DNA from: an uncultured virus (IMG/VR IMGVR_UViG_2648501222_000009) | Taxonomy: Duplodnaviria; Heunggongvirae; Uroviricota; Caudoviricetes | Virus record (IMG/VR): IMGVR_UViG_2648501222_000009 | Reading direction: 5' to 3' (one strand) | Length of the DNA stretch: 64,000 nucleotides | Shown here: positions 47,021 to 56,832 of the stretch, piece by piece | Position numbering within the stretch: the first letter of the stretch is position 1 | Layout: every line of letters starts with the position of its first letter | Position numbers and translations under genes: made by a program | The notes under the pieces: model-generated | What the model saw: only the letters and a program-made list of their open reading frames with translations | Told to the model about the DNA's origin: nothing | The model's database searches: none

Positions 47021-47423
47021 TAATGGTTACAGTACCGGGCGGGTTGGCTTTCGCCAGCATTTCCCGCACTGCCTCCAGCGTCATTACCACACCCAGGTCA
47101 ATCAGGCGGACAGCATCGGTATCATCCAGCAGGATCTGCTGGTTTTCCCGGTACAGCCCGCCGTCATGCTGTACACAGCGGCCTTTAGCCACCACATAAA
47201 CGTTGTCAGCCCCCTGTTCCGGGTCTGAACCCTGCTCATCACCGGCATTCCCGCCACCGGAATCAGCCGCGGTATTCAGTCCCGCTGTGATTTTGTTACC
47301 CTGCTTATCACCAGAATCGTTCTGCTGTGATTCCGGGTTACTCTGCCCGTTCACCATCAGTTCGGGCGGCAGGCCGCCCGGCTCCTGTGGTTTCTCCGGC
47401 GTATTTTTTTTATTCGCCATCAA
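47010..47423 (-). CDS. Hypothetical head-associated protein (FI-like position)
   Basis: Low-complexity N-terminus; follows the capsid gene. Confidence 0.6.
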   Translation of the reverse strand: MMANKKNTPEKPQEPGGLPPELMVNGQSNPESQQNDSGDKQGNKITAGLNTAADSGGGNAGDEQGSDPEQGADNVYVVAKGRCVQHDGGLYRENQQILLDDTDAVRLIDLGVVMTLEAVREMLAKANPPGTVTINGR

Positions 47424-47432
47424 ATCCCCCTG

Positions 47433-48479
47433 TTAAACCACAACGGCACACAGTGATGCGTTAACACGGCTCGGGATGACCAGCGGCGCAGACTGAACCA
47501 TAATAAAACGCTGCGCCGGATCGTGCTGCAGCCAGGACTTCGGCGCATATGCCATCGGGCCGTAATTGAATGCCGGGTCGATAATGGCACCAAATGCACG
47601 GGTCCCCATCAGGTCAGCGCCTGACATAATCACCGAGCCGTCAGCAATCATCGGTTTTTCTTTACCGTCCAGCGGATCAATAAACCAGTCGTTGTATACC
47701 CACAGGTCATAGTTACCCCAGCGGCCTTTGTATACAGCACCTGTTTTGATTTGCGCACCGGGGTTAATCTGGTTACCGAACGGAGAAAGCGCGGGGAAGG
47801 TAATGGCGCTATCCTTAACCGAAGTGTCCAGACGGAAAGCTTTCCACGATTTGGTGGTGAAGACGATATCGGTCGCCACCGCACCGGACTCCTTCAGCAT
47901 ACGCTGCGCCCAGTCTTCGATGTCAGCACTCGGTTTGGTGTTGGTTTTTCCTGCTTCCACGGTTTCCGGCCATTTATCGGCACCGCTCAGGGCAATAGTC
48001 AGATCGGACGAACGCCCGAAATCCACCACCTGAGTTTCATACCCCTCACCGGTTACTGTCACCGTACCGGTCTGGAGTGCGCTGGCCGCCATCCATTCCA
48101 GACGGCGGTTGATCATGTCAATCTGGTCAGTCAGCTCGAACTGCAGGTTCATCATTTCACGTTCAGCGGCAGAATACTGACCGCCGATGCGCTCACCAAT
48201 CTGACGGCGGATGGGTTTACGCAGATCCGGTGCACGTTTGTCTTTGATGTACGCCGGTTTAAAGCTGTTGGTCTGGAACTTACGGGCTTCCACCAGCTTA
48301 CCTTCCACCAGCGGCGAAACGAACGGAGCCAGACGGCGCAGACCGACATCAACATCAATGGAAACCTCTTCGGTATCGGATTCCGTGATATTCGGGAAAA
48401 ACTTATCCAGCAGCCAGTTCTGACTGGTCATCAGATTCGGAACAACCTGGATTAATACATTGGTATCGAAAATATTCAT
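47433..48479 (-). CDS. Major capsid protein (lambda gpE family)
   Basis: LAPFVSP, FKPAYIK, RLEWMA and QSAPL motifs. Confidence 0.93.
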   Translation of the reverse strand: MNIFDTNVLIQVVPNLMTSQNWLLDKFFPNITESDTEEVSIDVDVGLRRLAPFVSPLVEGKLVEARKFQTNSFKPAYIKDKRAPDLRKPIRRQIGERIGGQYSAAEREMMNLQFELTDQIDMINRRLEWMAASALQTGTVTVTGEGYETQVVDFGRSSDLTIALSGADKWPETVEAGKTNTKPSADIEDWAQRMLKESGAVATDIVFTTKSWKAFRLDTSVKDSAITFPALSPFGNQINPGAQIKTGAVYKGRWGNYDLWVYNDWFIDPLDGKEKPMIADGSVIMSGADLMGTRAFGAIIDPAFNYGPMAYAPKSWLQHDPAQRFIMVQSAPLVIPSRVNASLCAVVV

Positions 48480-48552
48480 GCTTTTTCTCGTATAAAAGAC
48501 GTCACAACGCCTGCCGTGACCGGCATCAGGACGTCTGTATTAAAGGGAGGGA

Positions 48553-48945
48553 TCAGGCCTGTACGCTGTCGCGCAGGAAGACGGAGAACTTACGCAGGGC
48601 ATCTTTCAGCTCTGCCGCAGTCCAGCTTTCATCATGAATAATGCGGTTCTGATTAAATTCACCCATCAGATAGACACCGCCGGAAACGCTGCTGTCAGTG
48701 GTATCGACATCATCCGCCAGGATAGCACACGGAATTTCACTGCCGTCAGCCGCCCCTTTTTTGCTCAGCGCATACTCACCGGAATCAGTGACTTTACCGA
48801 GGATGGTACCGCGTTTCAGAATACCGGCTTTGGCAATCATGCCGGTATCTGTCACGGTCTGTAACGGGCCGGAAATCAGCTGATCCGGATTAAATACCGC
48901 CTGGCGTACTCCCGGCTGAAACGGGTTCTGTGAGAACTGATCCAT
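48553..48945 (-). CDS. Head decoration protein (gpD-like)
   Basis: RGTILG, DGSEIPCAILA and GEFN motifs. Confidence 0.88.
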   Translation of the reverse strand: MDQFSQNPFQPGVRQAVFNPDQLISGPLQTVTDTGMIAKAGILKRGTILGKVTDSGEYALSKKGAADGSEIPCAILADDVDTTDSSVSGGVYLMGEFNQNRIIHDESWTAAELKDALRKFSVFLRDSVQA

Positions 48946-49556
48946 TATTTCGCTCCCTTGTTGCTGTTATAAAGACGGGTCATCTGCTGCACCAGAGCAT
49001 CTGCAGATCCACGAGCCGGTGCCTGTGCATCCGGACTGATACGCACCTGCTGCTCTGCCCGCATGCGGCTGTCGAGCGATGCGCGCTGTGTTGCAGGCTG
49101 TACCGCACCCATCGCTTTCAGGGTGCTGATAGCTTCAGATGAAGACATGCGGGTATTGAATGCCAGATGTGCAGCCATATCCGGACGACCGGCAGCAGCC
49201 TTGCTGCCAAAGATGCGGGCACAGCGCTTGCGTTCAGCGCGGCGGCCTTTTTTCACATCTTTATTTTCATCGTCGTCTTCGGCGTCTTCGTCATCACCTT
49301 CCGCGTCTTCATCATCTTCGGCGTCAGGGTCGTCGTCATCACCTTCAGCTTTTTTGGCTTTGCGGCCCTGCTTTTCGTCGTCCTGTTCTTCTGCATCCTC
49401 ACGATCTTCATCGTCTTCCGCATCTTCGTCGCGCTCGTCCTCTTCCGCTTTGCGGCCTTTGGCTTTGCGCACTTTTTTATTTTCATCCTCTTCCGAGGCT
49501 CTGGCTTTTTTACCCAGGCCAATCAGATGTGCAAAGGTAAACTTATTGTCTGCCAT
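48945..49556 (-). CDS. Putative capsid scaffold (Nu3-like) with acidic low-complexity repeats
   Basis: AERKRCARIF..A.HLAF.T.M motif; lies between protease and gpD. Confidence 0.7.
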   Translation of the reverse strand: MADNKFTFAHLIGLGKKARASEEDENKKVRKAKGRKAEEDERDEDAEDDEDREDAEEQDDEKQGRKAKKAEGDDDDPDAEDDEDAEGDDEDAEDDDENKDVKKGRRAERKRCARIFGSKAAAGRPDMAAHLAFNTRMSSSEAISTLKAMGAVQPATQRASLDSRMRAEQQVRISPDAQAPARGSADALVQQMTRLYNSNKGAK

Positions 49557-49558
49557 AG

Positions 49559-50413
49559 TTAAATTACTCCGGATTCTTTCATCAGTTCCTGAAATGCGAC
49601 ATCAGGACTGGCAACCGCATCAGCCAGACCCATCTGTACGCCCTCGGCTGCCAGATAACAGGCGGCCTGTGTATTGCGGATCACTGTCTCAGACAGTCCG
49701 CGGTTACGGGAAACAGTGCTCACAAACAGACGCCCCATTTCATCGACATCGTGCTGAATGGCCGCTTTCGCCTCGTCACTCAGCGCCACATACGGGTTAC
49801 TTTCCGCTTTACGGTTCCCGTAGGTGATAATGGACACTTTCAGCCCGTCATCCTTGATACGCTGTGACCAGTCACAGTGAATAACGATCACCCCGACCGA
49901 ACCGACACCACCGGTGCGCGGGACGTAAATTTTGTCCGCAGCGCTGGCAATGGCATAAGCAGCGGAAAAGGCATTTTCGGACAGAATGGCGTGAATGGGC
50001 TTTTTGCCGCGTTCGGCATAAATCAAATCAACCAGGTCAAAACAACCGGCCACTTCACCGCCGGGAGAATCGATATCCAGACAGATACCCTTCACTTCCG
50101 GATCGTTAACAGCGGTCAGGAAGACCCGGCGGATGCCGTCATAACCGGTCATACCGCTGTACGGCCGCAGTGTGCCGAGTTTCTGAACCAGCGTGCCGTA
50201 GACCGGGATAACCGCGATGCCCTCCAGCACGTCATACCCGCTGTCTTTCCGGGCTTTACGGCTGAAATATCCGTCATCGTCTTCCATCATGGTACTGCGG
50301 ATCTGCGTGATACCGAGCCGCTCTGTCAGTGATGACACAATCACTTCCGCTTTCTGCGGGTGTATAGCAAGAGGCGTGTTAAACAGCTTCTGTGCCAGGT
50401 GGGGTAAATTCAC
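49559..50413 (-). CDS. S49 prohead protease (lambda gpC-like)
   Basis: LDIDSPGG, SAAYAIASA and GSVGV motifs. Confidence 0.93.
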   Translation of the reverse strand: MNLPHLAQKLFNTPLAIHPQKAEVIVSSLTERLGITQIRSTMMEDDDGYFSRKARKDSGYDVLEGIAVIPVYGTLVQKLGTLRPYSGMTGYDGIRRVFLTAVNDPEVKGICLDIDSPGGEVAGCFDLVDLIYAERGKKPIHAILSENAFSAAYAIASAADKIYVPRTGGVGSVGVIVIHCDWSQRIKDDGLKVSIITYGNRKAESNPYVALSDEAKAAIQHDVDEMGRLFVSTVSRNRGLSETVIRNTQAACYLAAEGVQMGLADAVASPDVAFQELMKESGVI

Positions 50414-52062
50414 TTCGCCTCCTGTTTGTTATCGGGGTTTGGTGCAAACTCTTCTGCCACTGCCCAACTGGGCGGCGGTAATCCGAGCTCTTTAAACCGC
50501 TGAAGTTCATAGCTGCGCTGATCGACCAGCTCTTCCCAGTCCTCACCCATGTTTTCAGCCACTTCCATTTCCAGTGTTGAAAAACCGGCTTCCATACTGA
50601 GAATGGCCCCTTTTTTCTCAGCGACCGGGTCCACCCAGCCACGCCCCGGCCCCATCCACCGCGCGCGGCAGTAGGATGCTGATGCGTCCATAAAGTCCGG
50701 GGCACCATTCGGTAACGGAACATCTTCCACATCGTGGATTTCTTCGGCAAAGGCCACTGCTATCGGTTGTGCGAAGCCGTTTGAGAAGTCATCACGGCGG
50801 CGGGTCAGGGTTTTCCAGGCTTCCAGCATGGCGGCACGGGCAGAGGAATAGTTAACATCAGACCAGTCCTGTGTGACCTGCTGGGCTGACAGGCCGGTTG
50901 CCGCAGAGATGTTCCGCAGCACCGCACTCTCAAAACCGTCAAAATTACTGGTCGGCCGGGCAGCGGACAGTGTGACTATTTTTTCATTCGGGAACAGGTG
51001 CGGGATCCGTGCGCCGTTCTGAAGATTGAGACGCTTGTCCTGATAGTATTCTGTCCTCTGTGTCTGGTAGGCACTGAGTTCATCACCGGTAAAATCGCCG
51101 GTATCCCCCAGGGCGGAAGCCACCATCTGCGCATCATACGGGGATTCGATATACGCTCCGAAAATGGCGTTGAGGATCGCCGCCTCCAGCTCTGATTCAT
51201 CGTACTTAATCAGCATTTTCAGCTTCTGAACGATGGGGGCCAGAATACCGATCCCCCGGTGCTGAGCACCGCGCTCCATATCAAAATCATGCACCACCAC
51301 CGGACGGCCCCATGAGGTTTCACGCTGAATGCGATTCCAGGTCATGGTTTTTTTACCCGCCAACCAGTCGCCCATATGGGCTTCACGGATGTGATAGGCG
51401 ATCGGGGCACCGTCGCTGTCAATCTCCACCCCGCCGCGTATATTCGGCATATCAAAATTCTGCTGCGGGTTACTCAGGCGGTCGGGATCAATAATCTGAA
51501 CTGTCGTCGCATAACGGGCCTTACCATGACCAAGCCGGTCAGGACGGTACTGCAGAACCGCCAGCGCGTCACCGTCCAGCAACTTGTGACGGAAAGCCAG
51601 CCGCAGCATCTGCGATACGGTCTGTTTACGTTCAACATCACAGTACCGGCCTTTGTCATTCGCCCATGAGCGCCAGTGCGCGGTAATAAACCGGCTGTAT
51701 TCAGCTGCCCACACCGCATCAAATGCCTTATTACCGGTCAGTTGCCTGAGCATCCGGTAATCGGGTTTGAATACCGGCCGGTAACAGGCGCCCACTGCAT
51801 TATCCAGGACACGGGTTATTGAGCCGGACGCCCAGCCGTCATTTCGCGCCAGGTCACGCATACGTGACACAATGCGGTCACGGTAGATGTTAATTTCATT
51901 ATCCGGCGACCACAGCGCAGGCTGCCAGTTCGCCATCTGATCACTGAATGAATCCGCCGCGTCATACGGTACCCGGCCACTGCCGGACAGTGCCCCGTAT
52001 TTCATTTTCGGGGCAGCCGGAGGCAGCGGGCGCCCGTCCGCTCCTAAGATTTGTACACTCAT
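50410..52062 (-). CDS. Portal protein (lambda gpB family)
   Basis: RDLARNDG, VNYSSARA and GWVDP motifs. Confidence 0.93.
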   Translation of the reverse strand: MSVQILGADGRPLPPAAPKMKYGALSGSGRVPYDAADSFSDQMANWQPALWSPDNEINIYRDRIVSRMRDLARNDGWASGSITRVLDNAVGACYRPVFKPDYRMLRQLTGNKAFDAVWAAEYSRFITAHWRSWANDKGRYCDVERKQTVSQMLRLAFRHKLLDGDALAVLQYRPDRLGHGKARYATTVQIIDPDRLSNPQQNFDMPNIRGGVEIDSDGAPIAYHIREAHMGDWLAGKKTMTWNRIQRETSWGRPVVVHDFDMERGAQHRGIGILAPIVQKLKMLIKYDESELEAAILNAIFGAYIESPYDAQMVASALGDTGDFTGDELSAYQTQRTEYYQDKRLNLQNGARIPHLFPNEKIVTLSAARPTSNFDGFESAVLRNISAATGLSAQQVTQDWSDVNYSSARAAMLEAWKTLTRRRDDFSNGFAQPIAVAFAEEIHDVEDVPLPNGAPDFMDASASYCRARWMGPGRGWVDPVAEKKGAILSMEAGFSTLEMEVAENMGEDWEELVDQRSYELQRFKELGLPPPSWAVAEEFAPNPDNKQEAK

Positions 52063-52319
52063 CAGTACCTCACCCTGATTGGACGCCTGCGGGAGATCCC
52101 CAGCATGGCCTGTATTGTCTGGATCAGTGCCAGCAAATCTCCCAGGCTGGTCTGCTGATAGGACACCGATCGCGTCCCGTCACCCTGTGTATAGGAAAAT
52201 GAAACGCCTTTGGCTCCGGTTGACAGGTCAATATAGGCCTGCTGCGCCTGAACAAGCGCCTGCTTTAACTGCGCATCACTCATGCCGGTAAGCAGCGTGG
52301 TAATTCGTGACATTGACAC
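52062..52319 (-). CDS. Head-tail adaptor (gpW-like)
   Basis: AYIDLSTG..RSVSY..RRRP; lies between TerL and portal. Confidence 0.8.
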   Translation of the reverse strand: MSMSRITTLLTGMSDAQLKQALVQAQQAYIDLSTGAKGVSFSYTQGDGTRSVSYQQTSLGDLLALIQTIQAMLGISRRRPIRVRY

Positions 52320-52322
52320 TCC

Positions 52323-54296
52323 TTATGGCAAAAGCTGGGATATCCGCTTCCGCTGAGGCTTTTCGTTGGTTTCCTCCGGGATGATGGCCCCCGGGAAGCG
52401 AAGGTTAACTTTGGTTTCCGGATTCTCTGCCGGAGCAATAAGCCGTTCCGGATTACCGGCGACAGCGTCAGCCAGCGCATTAAGTTTCAGCCCCATATAC
52501 ATCAGACCGCACAGTGCGGCATAGCTGTACACGCGGCAGTCCAGTGCTTCGTTTGCCCGCCCCGGTATCTGCTCCCAGACCCGGTACCGCTGACCGCCGG
52601 ACACTTTAATTACTGACCGCTCTGCCAGCAGCTGACCGAAATACTGCAAATCACGATCAACCGGGAAGTGCATATACGCCGGTGCCGGTTCGCCTGCTGC
52701 CGGCGGTTCCAGATGCAGACGACCGCGCACCGCATCTTTGGCCGCGTTCACACCGATAATTACCGGTTTAAATCCGGCTTTCGAACGGGATGTAATGCGT
52801 TTTGTCGGCCAGATCGGTGAGCGTTTACCGCCACGGGCGGATTCGCCTTTGACAGCCCAAATCCTGCGACCGAGACGCGCTTTACAGAAATCATAAACGG
52901 CCTGGGTGTGATGTCCGCCGGAGTCCATGCAGGCCGCCATGATGGCAAACCCGCGACCATCAGCACGCCGCCAGATTTGTTTCAGGTACGCATCGAGGCG
53001 CTCCCACGGCTCCGGTGTTTCCAGATCCCCCTCAATCACATCGTGAGCAACTGACCAACTTTCCTCACTGCGGCCCCAGCCGACCACCTCAATCTCAAAG
53101 CGGTCATCCTGTGTATCGATACCGGCCGTCAGCAACGTGACACCGTCCGGCACTTCAGCTGCCCATACTTCGCAGCGCTCCAGTAGTTTTTGTTCGCTCA
53201 GGGCTTTTTCTCCCCTGTCTTCGTATGGCTCACCGAGCACCAGATTGATAAAGGTCTGTCGCATCAGCGGGTCGTCTTTCACCCGCAGCCATTCTTTCAC
53301 CAGATTCGGCCAGGACGCGTTCGGGAACAGACTGTACGCTGCCCAGATATGAAATCCGGCGTGACCGGTAAACGGCTTTTCAGCGCGCCATTCCCCGTTT
53401 TTAATCATCAGCGGTTTGTCGCTGTCGTGAATAACACACCCGTTATGGCGGCAGACGTAATACGCGGTATCCGGCAACCCGTTACCGTCAGCATCTTTAT
53501 CCCACTTCATACCGTACGGCGTATCGGGTCCGCCCCATTCCAGAATCTGAAACTCACCGCAGTGCGGACACGGTACCCAGTAGTGCCGCTGATCACTTTC
53601 GTTGTAGGCTTTCTCGATACGACTGACATTTTTTACGGTCGGCGTTGAACCGAGGCCGATTTTCCGGTTCCAGAATGTCTCTGAGCGTTTGATACCCAGA
53701 GCAATCTGGTCACCCTCAGAACCGGCACCGCCGGACGGATAACCGTCCACTTCATCAAACAGGATGATCCGGCAGGTGATACGACGAAACCCACCGGGTG
53801 AATTTGCACCCACCAGCGTTAAATTGGCTCCGTTGGAAAACTGTTTCTTGAGGATGGTCTGGCCGCTGTCTTTTGCTTTGGCCTCACCTGCAATGGCTTT
53901 CAGTGCCGGGGTATCGCGCAGCATCGGCGAAATTTCGGTCTTACTATAGTCCTCAGCATCTTCCACACGGGGCTGAACCACCAGGATCGGGGACGGGTCA
54001 TGCAACAGGTAATAAGCAACGGCATGGTCGAGAATCTTGGTATACCCGACACGGGCGGATTTCATCACGGACACCTGTGTTACCGACGGATCGGTAAAGG
54101 CATCCATAATGCCGTCCTGATATTTAAATGACCGGAAGCGGCCGGTCTGCGCGGCGTTTTCTTTCGACAGCACCGCGTATTTGTTCGCCCACTCGCTCAG
54201 CGATAAGGCTTCCGGAGGTCTGACGACAGCGCGTTTCTGACTCAGTGCACGGGTGAATTGTTGCCATGCATTATCCCCCCTGTTCACTGTGGTCAA
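52323..54296 (-). CDS. Terminase large subunit (lambda gpA family)
   Basis: KSARVGYT, FDEVDGY, STPT, CPHC and NEALDCRVY motifs. Confidence 0.95.
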   Translation of the reverse strand: MTTVNRGDNAWQQFTRALSQKRAVVRPPEALSLSEWANKYAVLSKENAAQTGRFRSFKYQDGIMDAFTDPSVTQVSVMKSARVGYTKILDHAVAYYLLHDPSPILVVQPRVEDAEDYSKTEISPMLRDTPALKAIAGEAKAKDSGQTILKKQFSNGANLTLVGANSPGGFRRITCRIILFDEVDGYPSGGAGSEGDQIALGIKRSETFWNRKIGLGSTPTVKNVSRIEKAYNESDQRHYWVPCPHCGEFQILEWGGPDTPYGMKWDKDADGNGLPDTAYYVCRHNGCVIHDSDKPLMIKNGEWRAEKPFTGHAGFHIWAAYSLFPNASWPNLVKEWLRVKDDPLMRQTFINLVLGEPYEDRGEKALSEQKLLERCEVWAAEVPDGVTLLTAGIDTQDDRFEIEVVGWGRSEESWSVAHDVIEGDLETPEPWERLDAYLKQIWRRADGRGFAIMAACMDSGGHHTQAVYDFCKARLGRRIWAVKGESARGGKRSPIWPTKRITSRSKAGFKPVIIGVNAAKDAVRGRLHLEPPAAGEPAPAYMHFPVDRDLQYFGQLLAERSVIKVSGGQRYRVWEQIPGRANEALDCRVYSYAALCGLMYMGLKLNALADAVAGNPERLIAPAENPETKVNLRFPGAIIPEETNEKPQRKRISQLLP

Positions 54297-54852
54297 GGCT
54301 CAACTCCTCCATCGCCTCATGAATAATGTCCTGCAGCGCGGCCACAAACTCTGTATCAGAGGAAGTCAGTGCCAGCGACCGCAGGCGGGGACCGTGTTCA
54401 GGTGCTATCGCAATCAGGCGGGTGCGCATGGCGTGATATTCCTCGCCAACTTTGCCGATCATGTCCTGCCACGGCAGCACCAGGCCGGATTTCTCTTCGT
54501 ACTCCAGCCGGGCCAGTTCCGCAAAGTAGTGCTCTTTGATAGCTTTCGATTCTTCCAGATCCCGGACTTTCACATCGCCGGAAACCAGACCGGCATACAC
54601 CGATTCGGCGCGCTGCTGAAAACTGCCTTTTTCTTTCGCCGGCTTTTTCTCCGGAGCAGCAGATGTTTTCACCGCGTTCTTCGTGCGCGGGTCTTTGCTG
54701 TCCCGGTACTTTTTCAGATTCTGGTCACTGGCCTCCACGTCGATTTCATCGCCGGACATCACAATGTATTTTCCGGACTTCATCCACCGGGTGATCGTCT
54801 TGCGGTTCACATCCGCATGCTTCGCATAGTCAGAAATATTCATCGTGGTCAT
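54271..54852 (-). CDS. Terminase small subunit (Nu1-like)
   Basis: N-terminal wHTH (YAKHADVNRKTITRW) and coiled coil; upstream of TerL. Confidence 0.8.
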   Translation of the reverse strand: MTTMNISDYAKHADVNRKTITRWMKSGKYIVMSGDEIDVEASDQNLKKYRDSKDPRTKNAVKTSAAPEKKPAKEKGSFQQRAESVYAGLVSGDVKVRDLEESKAIKEHYFAELARLEYEEKSGLVLPWQDMIGKVGEEYHAMRTRLIAIAPEHGPRLRSLALTSSDTEFVAALQDIIHEAMEELSLDHSEQGG

Positions 54853-55006
54853 GGGACATTTTCCTGCTGATGTGGGACATCGGGACACATGGGACATTAC
54901 GCGGGACATGTCCCACATTTCATGGGACACAAAACTCAGAGTTTTTTAACTTAACTTACTGAATCAGAAATGAAAGCACCCTCCCGCTGTCATGGGACAT
55001 GGGACA
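54853..55006. repeat. GGGACA repeat cluster, candidate cosB
   Basis: 8 direct copies plus 1 inverted copy between the predicted cosN and terS. Confidence 0.75.
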
Positions 55007-55041
55007 CAAAATCAAAATTTCATAACTAGACGCAGAACGCG

Positions 55042-55083
55042 GCGCGCAATGCCCGTGTAATATCAAAGGCTTAGGAAGGACCC
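55042..55083 (-). other. cosQ-cosN packaging site
   Basis: GGGTCCT (55083-55077), 23 nt, then GGCATTGCGCGC-CGCG...TTATGAAATTTT, colinear with lambda cos. Confidence 0.75.
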
Positions 55084-55250
55084 AAAAAAAATTCTATGGG
55101 TGACGCTCGCTGTCACGGCACCAAATGGTTTTGCCGTTATGTTCTACTTTTACTTTCATTGCCTACCTCATATTTTGCGACCACCTTTGTTTTCCATAGC
55201 GGGTAACTTTGATAGCCTGAAGTTTCATATTTAAGATAAGGGATTTTACA

Positions 55251-55535
55251 ATGGCTAATTTTACTGTTCGGGTTGAACTGCGCGATGCTGACAGTTCAGA
55301 CTACGACGATCTGTATGACAGAATGTCAGATAATGGGTTTTCTAAATTTATTACCGGTGACAGTGGCGCCGAATACAAGTTGCCGAGTGCTGAATACTCA
55401 TATTCATCTAGCACCGAAGACAGAAGACAGGTAAGAGACCTGGTATTCAGGATTGCCCGCGAAGTAAATGACGACCCTGCCGTATTAGTCACTCAGTCAA
55501 ATGGCCGTTCGTGGAAGGGGTTGGAGCCGAATTAA
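55251..55535 (+). CDS. GhoS/DUF2622-family protein (ferredoxin/Cas2-like fold)
   Basis: FTVRVEL..Y..L...M...GF...I......LPSAEY motif; antisense to the late operon. Confidence 0.75.
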   Translation: MANFTVRVELRDADSSDYDDLYDRMSDNGFSKFITGDSGAEYKLPSAEYSYSSSTEDRRQVRDLVFRIAREVNDDPAVLVTQSNGRSWKGLEPN

Positions 55536-55771
55536 TCTTCATCGCTTCCGCGGGCCGGTTTCTCTGTTTCAAGGGCTACAAAGGCTTCACGAACTCTGTG
55601 GCCCAAATAGTTCACTGTGTTGTCCGGTAAATCGAATCCGCTTTGGTATTTGGCTAACAACATCCCGGCTAATACCTCACGCGCTTTTTGCTGCGACTCT
55701 TCTGAGAGTCCATGAAATTGTGTTGCTGGCTTGCCTTCCCGATAGATAATCTTTCTTGTTGCAGTGCTCAT
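55532..55771 (-). CDS. Hypothetical protein
   Basis: 79 aa with AAGGTG RBS. Confidence 0.6.
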   Translation of the reverse strand: MSTATRKIIYREGKPATQFHGLSEESQQKAREVLAGMLLAKYQSGFDLPDNTVNYLGHRVREAFVALETEKPARGSDED

Positions 55772-55797
55772 AGTTTCACCTTTGAAAGTAATTTAAC

Positions 55798-56442
55798 TTA
55801 TCTCGCTGTCCGTATCGCCTCTGCTATCGCCCGGTTAATCTCCTGCGGCAACAGCGCCTGTGTCATCTTCATCGCTCTGTCCTGATATCCGAGTACGGGT
55901 TCAACAGGCAGAGCATCACCGAACCGGATTAACAGTTTCGGCATCGGTTGTTTCTTCTTATCTCTGCGGGTTCCGTTCGGTGACCGCTGCAGGCGCTTCC
56001 GGCCTTTCTTGCCCTTCTTCGCTTTCTTCCGTTGCCATACACCATTAACGTCACCGATATCACCAATAAAGGTATTATCTTTGGCTTTCAGGCTGGACAG
56101 TTTATTACGTGGCAGGTTGCCGTATTTGTTTAGTTTGATGTCTTTTGGGTTCAACAGCGCAGACCCGTTGAGTTTATGCACCCCGCCGATCTCAAACGGT
56201 TCAAGGTATGCGGCGGCAATATTCATCACGAACACTTTCGCTTTCAGGTCGCTTTTTCTGGCACCGCGGCTTTTAACACTCTTCACCGTGAATGGTGTCG
56301 GATTATCCAGATTGCGCTGCATAGCAACCTTCTGAGCACCCTCAATCTTTCTGACGACCGATGTCATAGCCTGCGCAGTGGCAAAGGGTATCTGCTTCCG
56401 CAGGGTTCGGAGCTGGTTGCTCAGGTCTGTGAGATTTGCCAT
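55798..56442 (-). CDS. Basic phage protein upstream of cos, function unknown
   Basis: QIPFATAQA..LDNPTPFT motif; GAGG RBS. Confidence 0.7.
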   Translation of the reverse strand: MANLTDLSNQLRTLRKQIPFATAQAMTSVVRKIEGAQKVAMQRNLDNPTPFTVKSVKSRGARKSDLKAKVFVMNIAAAYLEPFEIGGVHKLNGSALLNPKDIKLNKYGNLPRNKLSSLKAKDNTFIGDIGDVNGVWQRKKAKKGKKGRKRLQRSPNGTRRDKKKQPMPKLLIRFGDALPVEPVLGYQDRAMKMTQALLPQEINRAIAEAIRTAR

Positions 56443-56660
56443 AGGCACCTCTGTTTTATATTCCGCTCACCACTCGTAAATGATGACCGGAATACCGCCG
56501 TCTCTCCGGCTGTCACGCCTTACTGCTCCGGCAGCTGACGTTGCTGCCTACCTCGGTAGTAGCTGACCGTGGATTCGTTGTTTTTGATTCTCCCCGCGCA
56601 CTCACCGCACAAGGTGGACGGGTCATAGTTAACACAGGGAGACTGCGACAGCGCAGCGCA

Positions 56661-56690
56661 TAAAAAAGCCCCGCTGTTTAGCGAGGCCTT
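56661..56690 (-). terminator. Intrinsic terminator downstream of the lysis genes
   Basis: GCCTCGCT..AGCGGGGC hairpin followed by T6. Confidence 0.6.
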
Positions 56691-56832
56691 GTTTATCTTT
56701 TGTTTAGCTCAAAGAGTGTAATTTAATCGCATATCCAAGAGTACCTGCCTGAGCGTAGTATTTAAGCCCGTTCCCCCATCGGTTCCGGGCTATTTTTTTA
56801 TTCTCTCAGCTTCAATCTTCCGTATTATCCGT

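Noticed and set aside
49240..49500. GAAGAT/GACGAT-type repeats as a DNA repeat element
   Set aside because: Explained by the acidic low-complexity region of the scaffold-like protein.
54853..55006. GGGACA repeats as a CRISPR array or replication iterons
   Set aside because: The units are 6 bp with irregular short spacing, there is no cas or rep gene adjacent, and the position between cosN and terS fits cosB.
55251..55535. Cas2-like protein as evidence of a CRISPR system
   Set aside because: No array or other cas genes in the window; it fits the GhoS/DUF2622 family.
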